31,279 nt of DNA from IMG/VR virus record IMGVR_UViG_2974515140_000001, positions 1 to 31,279 of that record; one strand, written 5' to 3'. The stretch comes from a virus. Its lineage: Duplodnaviria; Heunggongvirae; Uroviricota; Caudoviricetes; Ackermannviridae. Positions 1 to 6,440 of this stretch are shown piece after piece. The notes under the pieces are model-generated. The model was not told the origin of the DNA. It ran no database searches and saw only the letters and a list, made by a program, of their open reading frames with translations. The position numbers and the translations under genes were made by a program. How positions within the stretch are numbered: the first letter of the stretch is position 1; every line of letters begins with the position of its first letter.

Positions 1-196
1 CTGTTTTGCGAACTTGAAAATACTGCGCCTGTCTCGGGTTTCCCCTTAGTTCGGCCTCTCATTGTTCGTCTAGTCAGGGAGCTACCCTTGATGACCAGCT
101 TATTTTGAGATCTTCGCCAGCACCCACTAGTGTCTAGAATATGTAGGTGTCGAGGTCTGCAAGGCATTGCCCTATTTCATACAACGCTCTCTCAAG

Positions 197-334
197 TACG
201 CAAATCGAAGTTCTCTGGGCTTAACAGGTTCGACCCAACATGTTGTATATCGCCTAACTTGCTCATGGGACGGACACATCTGTGTACAGACCTTGAGGGT
301 TAAAAGATATACCCAGAGAACTTCGATTTGCGTA
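197..334. repeat. 23-bp perfect inverted repeat (197-219 / 312-334) enclosing a 92-nt spacer
   Basis: TACGCAAATCGAAGTTCTCTGGG at 197-219 is the exact reverse complement of CCCAGAGAACTTCGATTTGCGTA at 312-334. An inner TTAAC/GTTAA pairing continues the stem. Confidence 0.95.
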
Positions 335-378
335 GCCCTTCACTTGCCAAAGATCAGGGCTAATAACAAGACTTCGCT

Positions 379-467
379 CACATCTTTGAGGACACTGCGC
401 GGGACTTGAACCCGCCATGAACATCTGGCGCCAAATGCTTCCACCTGTCAATGTCCTCAAAGATGTG
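379..467 (-). ncRNA. tRNA-like element 1 (canonical T-arm, no D-stem, non-canonical anticodon arm, 19-bp closing stem)
   Basis: On the minus strand: T-arm GCGGG-TTCAAGT-CCCGC (415-399); arm CATTTGGCGCCAGATG (437-422); closing stem 467-449 / 397-379 with one G-U that only works on the minus strand. No CCA end and no 7-nt anticodon loop. Confidence 0.6.
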
Positions 468-592
468 GAGCCGTTTTAGGGAGTCGAACCCAAATGCTTG
501 GTCAGCGCTAACCTTACATCTCATCTGACTTAGGCAACCCACCTCTGCTTACTCAGGAGCTTATCCCCTTTGGACAGTCAGATATAACGGCT
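466..592 (-). ncRNA. tRNA-like element 2 (~127 nt, CCA-ended cloverleaf with enlarged arm)
   Basis: Perfect 7-bp terminal stem AGCCGTT (592-586) / AACGGCT (475-469) followed by CCA (468-466). T-arm-like TTGGG-TTCGACT-CCCTA (493-477). Internal stems ATCTGACT/AGTCAGAT and GGTTA-GCGC-TGACC. Confidence 0.6.
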
Positions 593-593
593 T

Positions 594-900
594 TGGGATT
601 GGAGGGAGGAATCGAACCTCCCAGGGTGCGCCCCAAATTAGGGGCTGGCTCACGCCTGAAACCTTATTAAGCACCTGCTCCGCTCATTGTCGACGGGAGC
701 TTATTAATCACACCCTCCCGCCTATTTTTAGTGCGCCAAATTTGGTTATGAGGGATTGGAAGACCTCACTGGTGTATGGCTGTTAAGCTACTGCCAGGAA
801 CGTATTATCGTTTGCATTTATCTTTGTGGTCAGTTTCTAAAAACCCGCAAAGCCGCACACAACGAGAACGAAAACCTGTTTGAGCACAAGACGACCTTGT
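594..900 (-). ncRNA. tmRNA-like RNA (tag reading frame plus downstream T-arm and CCA); 5' boundary uncertain
   Basis: Minus strand reads AAAGATAAAT-GCA AAC GAT AAT ACG TTC CTG GCA GTA GCT TAA (815-783) = ANDNTFLAVA*. The TAA sits in a hairpin loop. An H-type pseudoknot candidate lies at ~736-693, and T-arm GGAGG-TTCGATT-CCTCC (621-605) is followed by ...CCA (596-594). No 5' acceptor strand could be found by eye. Confidence 0.55.
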
Positions 901-1117
901 CCTGGATTCACATCGAAGCGCTTGTCAAGTGCCCAAACAGCTTTTCGTTCAGTGGGTTAACTATACTTTGTAACCCGTTATTGACAAAACTTTTAAACCT
1001 GCCGGAACTTACGCATCCGGCCTCGCCTGTCGGTGCTCCTTCGAATCCGGGAAGATCAGTAGGAACTATGAATCAAGTTAATTCTACCAACAGGAACCTT
1101 TGTGTTGCCCTTTGACG

Positions 1118-1154
1118 CAACATTATGAACCCTCTATGAAGACTCATAATGTTG
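1118..1154. repeat. 11-bp inverted repeat hairpin directly 3' (minus sense) of the tRNA-like element at 1157-1245
   Basis: CAACATTATGA (1118-1128) / TCATAATGTTG (1144-1154). Confidence 0.8.
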
Positions 1155-1156
1155 TC

Positions 1157-1245
1157 GGCGTGATGGAGATTAGCGCCCCCGACCTCCCCTTGTGTTGGTG
1201 TCGACTTGCCAACGGGGTGCTCTCATTCTTCTGAGCTAATCACGC
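1157..1245 (-). tRNA. degenerate or atypical tRNA-like gene with insertion in the anticodon arm (pseudo-tRNA; identity not assignable)
   Basis: Acceptor GCGTGAT/ATCACGC, TA at positions 8-9, D-stem GCTC/GAGC, anticodon stem CCCC/GGGG enclosing about 25 nt with an inner GTTGG/CCAAC hairpin, variable AGGTC. T-arm is degenerate (GGGGG-CGCTAAT-CTCC) and there is no CCA. Confidence 0.55.
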
Positions 1246-1444
1246 TACAACAGGGAGTTTCGTTCTCCGACGGTCAGTGCGTCCACTAACACCAGCGAGG
1301 TGGATACTACGCCTCTATTAACGCATGCCCCTGAGACTGGGATTAGTGAGGTCGGCTTTAGATGCCTAACTCAATGCGCTGTTCGCCTCGTGTTTGATAC
1401 TTTACTGCAAGCCAGCCAATTTGAAAAATCCTCTCCCCTTTGAA

Positions 1445-1591
1445 TTACACTGCCCACAGCAGTGCGGACGAACCTTCATTCAAAACCGGATGCGCCGAAA
1501 TGGGCGACTGTGTACCGGACTGATCAGGTCGACCCAGGAGAGAGCAGGTAATCCCAATCAGGAGGATGAGGAGTAACATCATGTAAAACAT
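1445..1591 (-). CDS. small putative membrane protein, 48 aa (MFYMMLLLILLIGITCSLLGRPDQ...LLWAV); below the ORF-track cutoff
   Basis: Strong SD (GGAGGG) ~6 nt before ATG at 1591; open frame to TAA at 1447-1445; N-terminal ~19-residue hydrophobic segment. Confidence 0.6.
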   Translation of the reverse strand: MFYMMLLLILLIGITCSLLGRPDQSGTQSPISAHPVLNEGSSALLWAV

Positions 1592-1648
1592 AGTGTTCCC
1601 TCCCTTCCATGCAACTAACTTTACCGCATTTATTTATTGAATAAAGCG

Positions 1649-2218
1649 TTATTTTATCACTTCTAACTTCACAACACGACGCAGAAGATAAACATATTCA
1701 TTAGATGCTTCATGCGACATATAATGTGTTGAGGGGGTAGAATGGTTGTTCTGGGTTTCTTTTAACCCAACGCGTTCAGCCCAACCATTGATGGAGTTCC
1801 CGTAAAACCCGATAATCGCGCCGAAATAAATGCGCTGGCTCTCTGGTTCTAAAATATAGTTGACAGTGAAACAGATGTCAGAACGAATAGATTCTAATTT
1901 TATACCGACCCGACCTTCAGAAAATTCGTTGCGCACATACAAATGACGAAAACGATCGCGCCGCGCTTGCGATGACTCTTCCAATTCTTGGCGAAGTGAG
2001 GTTGTTGCATCGATATTAAATGAAAATGTCGGATTTTGTAGATCAGAACGGGCTAATTCTAAAGCAGATTCAATAACACGGCGGAAATTAATATTTTTGC
2101 CAGTCAGACGTTTCACTTCTTCTGTAATTGTTCCGAAAGGAATTTTTACAACACGTTCCCCTTCGTATTTTGCTAACAAAGGGATAATGTGTTTCATTAT
2201 TGCTGTATTAATGTGCAT
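1649..2218 (-). CDS. hypothetical protein, 189 aa
   Basis: Long ORF in an otherwise ORF-free interval; AGGA SD-like sequence before ATG; promoter motif upstream. No family recognised. Confidence 0.8.
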   Translation of the reverse strand: MHINTAIMKHIIPLLAKYEGERVVKIPFGTITEEVKRLTGKNINFRRVIESALELARSDLQNPTFSFNIDATTSLRQELEESSQARRDRFRHLYVRNEFSEGRVGIKLESIRSDICFTVNYILEPESQRIYFGAIIGFYGNSINGWAERVGLKETQNNHSTPSTHYMSHEASNEYVYLLRRVVKLEVIK

Positions 2219-2255
2219 TTCCTGAGCCTCGTCAAATTAATTAAATGTCCCCACT

Positions 2256-2281
2256 ATTATATTGGGAATATGTTTATTGAA
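2256..2281 (-). promoter_or_regulatory. Vi01-like phage promoter motif TTCAAT-N14-TATAAT driving the minus-strand unit
   Basis: Minus strand reads TTCAAT AAACATATTCCCAA TATAAT, an exact match to the motif described for Vi01-like phages, 38 nt upstream of the 2218 ATG. Confidence 0.75.
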
Positions 2282-2534
2282 TATAACCTCAAGAAAGGCC
2301 AATAAAATAATGACAGCGATTATTAATAGGTAAAAACTACTTTTCTACAACATCAAGAAACTGTATCTTAACGCGGTGCCCTTCGAGTTGTGAGTGTTAA
2401 CGAACAACGAGAAGCAGCCTCCATGGCTGTGGAATGGGACTGCCTGTCAAGGCGGTGTTACGAGCGAGGGCTTCAGCCCCCTCGCGAGTATATTCGAATA
2501 AATTAACGCGCGAGAGCGTTTTGATTCCCGTTGG

Positions 2535-2577
2535 CTAAATATCTTCAACACCATATACAAACTCAGGTGATGGAGAT
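2535..2577 (+). promoter_or_regulatory. late promoter CTAAATA plus SD-occluding hairpin (gp6)
   Basis: CTAAATA at 2535-2541; ATCTTCA (2541-47) / TGGAGAT (2571-77) and CACC/GGTG pairings cover the GGAG SD. Confidence 0.7.
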
Positions 2578-2581
2578 TAAC

Positions 2582-4363
2582 ATGGCCACGCAAACAGTTC
2601 CTTCACTCGACGTCAGAGCATTTGAATATATTATTAAACAGCGAATGAAAGCAGATCCCACCTTTAAAGATTATGACTTTGAAGGTTCTGGTCTTAGTGC
2701 GATTATTCGTTTGTTGGCATCTGACGCGAACGCCATAGCCTTTATGCAGAACATGCTTAATGGTGAAGGTCATTTAAAAACAGCAAATCAACGTTCTAAT
2801 GTTGGTTTGTCCGCCGCTTTTCTTTCTTATACACCCGACAACTATCGGGCGGCATACATGTATGTCAACATCAAAGTAACGCCGTATGACGCCAGCACAG
2901 CTCCTAATGAGATCATTATGGACCGCCGTGTGATGTTCGTTGGTGCGAAGGATGGGAGTTCCTACAACTTTACTGTTGAAAAACCTGTGTCTGCTACGCT
3001 GACACCCGAAGGTTATTACATGTTCAACAACGTGAAATTGATTCAGGGGAACTGGTTGTACAAGACTTATGATGTTGAAGGGAGTGCAATATCTACTTAC
3101 ACAATTCCTTCTGAGAATGTTGATATCAATCATCTGGTCGTACAGGTACAGGAATCAGAATCATCGGACGTTTCAACAACATATCAACGTTACAACAGTC
3201 CGTTCGACCTGAGTCAATATGCATATCTTTATTTTGTGGAATTGGGGATAGATGGCCTGTATGTGTTTGAATTCGGTGATGGTTATTTGTCTCGCCGAGT
3301 AGAAGACGGAAACGTTATTTTCCTCCAGTATTTGGAAACTTCTGGTGCAGAAGGTAACGACATCACCAGCTTGTCTTCCGCGTCTTCGATTGGTGGGTTT
3401 AATCAGGTTGACATACAACTGGTTTCCGAACGCAGTGCGGGCGGCGGGGATCCAGAATCCATTGAAGACATCAAACGTCTTGCTCCTTTAGCTTATCAGG
3501 CCGATGGCGCTGCCGTTACAGAAACGGATTATGGTGTGTTGACAGAAAGGCTGTTCTCTAACGTTTCTCGTGCCAAATCTTATGGTGGTGACACGCTTTC
3601 TCCACCGGATTCCGGCTACGTTTATATTGCTGTGATACCATCTGTTGGTGAGACTCTTTCAGACGCGGAGAAGGCTGATATCGTTGCTTCTTTGGACAAA
3701 TATAATGTGGGGTCTATCACTCCCAAAGTGGTGGACTCAGACATAACATATATCCAAGTTGCGACAACAATATTTTGGGATCCGACTTCGACAGTTTATG
3801 TTGAAGAACAGATGAAAGTCGTGGTGGGAAACAGTATTGTCAAATGGGGCGAAAACAATCTCGGTGGGTTTGATCAGTTGTTCGACAAAGAGATATTGCA
3901 AGAAGCAATTACGAAAATGGAACGTTCTATTAACTCAAATATCACGTCTGTCGGTTATAAACGTCATTTCAAACCTGATTATGGTGTGTTAGATAGCTTT
4001 ACTTTCAGTTATGGGAGAAGCATTAAACCTGGTTCTGTGAAAATAACAGGGTTTAAACCGCTTCCGGCCGAAGTGGATTTCACTTATTACATGCGTGATG
4101 AAAATGGAAATTTGAACATGTATAAGGTGAATAACAATGACACAACCAAAGAATTTTTTGTACAGAAAACAGGCGTTGTGGATTACATCAACGGCGTTGT
4201 CGATCTTCAGCAGATTACTGTTTCAAACTATAATCCTGAAGGGATAACGATTGTTGTTCTGCCGGATGGGCTGAATCAGAATATACAGGCTTCACAGAAC
4301 CAAGTATTCAAAATTGGTGATGTGGTTGTTACGCCAGAGGTGCGCTATGTCCAAAGATCTTAA
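2582..4363 (+). CDS. gp6: baseplate wedge subunit, T4 gp6-like (593 aa)
   Basis: gp6 motifs (FKDYDFEGSGLS, FEFGDG, GG.DPESIEDIK, AVTETDY). The ATG at 2582 with GGAG SD is preferred over the TTG at 2531. Confidence 0.92.
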   Translation: MATQTVPSLDVRAFEYIIKQRMKADPTFKDYDFEGSGLSAIIRLLASDANAIAFMQNMLNGEGHLKTANQRSNVGLSAAFLSYTPDNYRAAYMYVNIKVTPYDASTAPNEIIMDRRVMFVGAKDGSSYNFTVEKPVSATLTPEGYYMFNNVKLIQGNWLYKTYDVEGSAISTYTIPSENVDINHLVVQVQESESSDVSTTYQRYNSPFDLSQYAYLYFVELGIDGLYVFEFGDGYLSRRVEDGNVIFLQYLETSGAEGNDITSLSSASSIGGFNQVDIQLVSERSAGGGDPESIEDIKRLAPLAYQADGAAVTETDYGVLTERLFSNVSRAKSYGGDTLSPPDSGYVYIAVIPSVGETLSDAEKADIVASLDKYNVGSITPKVVDSDITYIQVATTIFWDPTSTVYVEEQMKVVVGNSIVKWGENNLGGFDQLFDKEILQEAITKMERSINSNITSVGYKRHFKPDYGVLDSFTFSYGRSIKPGSVKITGFKPLPAEVDFTYYMRDENGNLNMYKVNNNDTTKEFFVQKTGVVDYINGVVDLQQITVSNYNPEGITIVVLPDGLNQNIQASQNQVFKIGDVVVTPEVRYVQRS

Positions 4364-5201
4364 TAATGGACACAATGGGGTTAAGTATGAAACCCCATTG
4401 TTCTATCAGAACGATTTTCCTCTGTTCATAGAGTTCATGGACACGTTCTTTAATTGGCTGTATCGGCAGCAGGGCTTCACTCAAGAAGAAATTTTGGCAT
4501 ATCTGGCAGACACTTCGAGTTGGATGAACCCTGAAAGTGAAGATTCTCCTGTTAAACAACTCATAGATTTAAAGGCCGACAAAACGCCAGGCTCTGAAGC
4601 CAAAGATTATCTATCAGATAAATTTTTGGTCAGAACATTTGAAAATATGATGGCACTTGATGCTGAGACGTTGTTGGATGCTGATGGAAGACCATTATTT
4701 TCTATTGAAGATAAGAATAAGCAGATAGACGACTGGTATAATGATTTTGGGTTTCAAAGAACCGTCGATAAATCATTTCAAGAATTTGGGCATTTTATTC
4801 CAGTCGGTTCGGATTCGTTGTTGACGGCCACGGGGGATACGTTCTCTGTTTATATCGAAGGAACTAAACGAAGAACCCTGGATCATCCGCGTTGGCTTAA
4901 ATTGTTGAAGCACATCTATAAAATACGTGGAACAAAGAAAGCGATTGAATTGTTTTTCTGGATATATTTCGGTTGCCCAGTCAGTGTCTATTTCACAAAA
5001 GAAGACATAGGCGGTCTGGACGGAAATTTTGAATGTGACGGCACGACAGGGATGCGTGATGATTACTATTATGATGAATACACTTATGTAATAGGAGTCC
5101 CAGGCGACGTATCTGATTTTGAAGGTGTGTTTGAGCGCGTCTTCCGTCAGCATTTCCATCCTGCTGGGTTTACTGTATTCCTAGAAAGCACAAGGAGCTA
5201 A
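4347..5201 (+). CDS. baseplate wedge subunit, gp7-like (284 aa)
   Basis: Overlaps the gp6 stop; GAGG SD before ATG 4347. Motifs FPLFIEFMDTFFNWL, HIYKIRGTKKAIELFFWIYFG and FHPAGF resemble the conserved gp7-type segments of T4-like phages. Confidence 0.75.
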   Translation: MSKDLNNGHNGVKYETPLFYQNDFPLFIEFMDTFFNWLYRQQGFTQEEILAYLADTSSWMNPESEDSPVKQLIDLKADKTPGSEAKDYLSDKFLVRTFENMMALDAETLLDADGRPLFSIEDKNKQIDDWYNDFGFQRTVDKSFQEFGHFIPVGSDSLLTATGDTFSVYIEGTKRRTLDHPRWLKLLKHIYKIRGTKKAIELFFWIYFGCPVSVYFTKEDIGGLDGNFECDGTTGMRDDYYYDEYTYVIGVPGDVSDFEGVFERVFRQHFHPAGFTVFLESTRS

Positions 5202-5203
5202 AA

Positions 5204-6394
5204 ATGGCCGATTTCCTGAGTCAATATACAGGTCAGCAGATAGATCAGATATTAGGTTCTGTTGATGACAAAGTAAGTAAAAACGACGTCATTGATGATT
5301 TTGAAGTCAATGACCCATTATTCCCGCCGTCTGCTCGTCTGACTTATGAATTGAAAAGATCTGTTGATACGATTAACGACACTCTGGCGAACAAAGTAAT
5401 AAGAACAGATAGCGGTGAACAGACAATTAACGGCAAGAAGACGTTTAATGCGCTGTTGGTTACAAACGGGGGGATCCAAGTCCCCACTGGGAAATCTGTT
5501 TCGATCGCAGATGAACCAACCAACTCAACAGACGGTGTCAACCTGAGTATGTTGAGGAAGCATGGTGTCAGTGAAGATACCGCGCCCGATGGCTCTGGTT
5601 TGGCTGGGGAGTTGTTGACTTCGGGGTATTACAAATTCAATTTGGATTTTACCAGATTGGCTGCGTATACAGGTTCAACACTCCCAACTTCAGTTCCTGT
5701 CCAGACAGATTCTGGAGTTCGTTCATGGTCGATGACGGCATTTTTTAATGCGCTGTTCGCTGACAACCGATTTAACGGGTACGTGACAACGACGGCGTAT
5801 GACGCTGACATGTTAAGTCTGGAATCCCAGATTAACAATATCAATACCACGCTGAATGGAAAAGTCAATACTTCGACATATAACACAAAGATGGCATCGT
5901 TAGATTTGAGTATCTCTAACATCAATTCATCTTTGAACAACAAGGTTGAGGTCAGCACATATAATACGAAGATGACTTCCTTGGACGGCAGTATCAGTTC
6001 TCTCACGACTGGTAAGGTCGATGTATCAACGTATAATGCCAAAATGACCACAATTGATAACAGTTTAGGGAACGCAGTTTATCGCACAAAAACAAACTTG
6101 TCATCCCTGACGGTATCGGCTTCTGGAACAACAGCTCTTCCAGACTTTGATTTGGTGAAACTCTGCCAGATATTGGTGACGGCGCAATGGGGCACAGGCG
6201 ATGTCGTAGACACATATCGAGTGACCATAACTCGAGATGGGACGATTAAGTCTGAGCTGCTGATCCAGAAAAGTACGAGCGGAACTGTGACGTTTACGGG
6301 TTCTGTAGTTGGTGGGAAACTGAGGATTTCTGTCGTCAATGCGAATACGACAACGCCATGTTCAGTGGATTATTCTATCGCAGCCTCTTTCTAA
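5204..6394 (+). CDS. putative tail/baseplate fibre-like protein with internal coiled-coil repeats (396 aa)
   Basis: Position between the wedge genes and the tailspikes; four 20-27-aa repeats of the form KV..STYNTKM.SLD..I; KTF motif near the N-terminus. Confidence 0.7.
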   Translation: MADFLSQYTGQQIDQILGSVDDKVSKNDVIDDFEVNDPLFPPSARLTYELKRSVDTINDTLANKVIRTDSGEQTINGKKTFNALLVTNGGIQVPTGKSVSIADEPTNSTDGVNLSMLRKHGVSEDTAPDGSGLAGELLTSGYYKFNLDFTRLAAYTGSTLPTSVPVQTDSGVRSWSMTAFFNALFADNRFNGYVTTTAYDADMLSLESQINNINTTLNGKVNTSTYNTKMASLDLSISNINSSLNNKVEVSTYNTKMTSLDGSISSLTTGKVDVSTYNAKMTTIDNSLGNAVYRTKTNLSSLTVSASGTTALPDFDLVKLCQILVTAQWGTGDVVDTYRVTITRDGTIKSELLIQKSTSGTVTFTGSVVGGKLRISVVNANTTTPCSVDYSIAASF

Positions 6395-6396
6395 AA

Positions 6397-6436
6397 CTAA
6401 ATACCCCTAGATGACATGAATACATTTAGGGGTATT
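6397..6436 (+). promoter_or_regulatory. late promoter CTAAATA plus SD-occluding hairpin (TSP4)
   Basis: CTAAATA at 6397-6403; AATACCCCTA (6400-09) / TAGGGGTATT (6427-36) form a perfect 10-bp stem, extendable to 14 bp. Confidence 0.8.
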
Positions 6437-6440
6437 ACAA

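Noticed and set aside
1-365. Group I/II intron or RNase P RNA
   Set aside because: Only an isolated AAGATATA resembling the group I S element; no P/Q/R elements, no domain V, no RNase P CR-I/CR-V motifs.
1015-1030. GAGGCCG (minus strand) pairing with CGGCTCC-A at 473-466 as an Ala acceptor stem with G3-U70
   Set aside because: Has an A-C mismatch at pair 2, would need a ~560-nt RNA, and both strands have better local partners. Kept only as a possibility for covariation testing.
1035-1060. GGATTCGAAGG (minus strand) as the tmRNA D-loop, and TGATCTTCC as a tRNA-Sec end
   Set aside because: The flanking bases do not pair with either downstream CCA end and instead fit a local hairpin (GTTCCT/AGGAGC, CCTGTTGGT/ACCGACAGG). 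No Sec-type partner strand or UCA arm was found.
379-1245. Canonical decoding tRNAs
   Set aside because: None of the T-arm-containing elements has a normal D-arm, 7-nt anticodon loop and CCA together, so no amino-acid identity was assigned.
1-1440. ORF-track entries 167..409, 263..460 and 756..1115 as protein genes
   Set aside because: No SD, TTG starts or unrecognisable products; they overlap strongly base-paired RNA elements. The shared YANRSSLG peptide in the first two is just the 23-bp inverted repeat read on opposite strands.
1394-1576. Plus-strand 60-aa ORF
   Set aside because: TTG start without SD; antisense to the better supported 48-aa minus-strand ORF.
1616-1641. Second TTCAAT promoter on the minus strand
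   Set aside because: TTCAAT is present but there is no TATAAT at N14 spacing; only a weak TAAAGT at N12.
5780-6073. CRISPR-like or DNA-level tandem array
   Set aside because: The repeats are degenerate at the DNA level and conserved only as protein; no repeat-spacer array was seen anywhere in the window.
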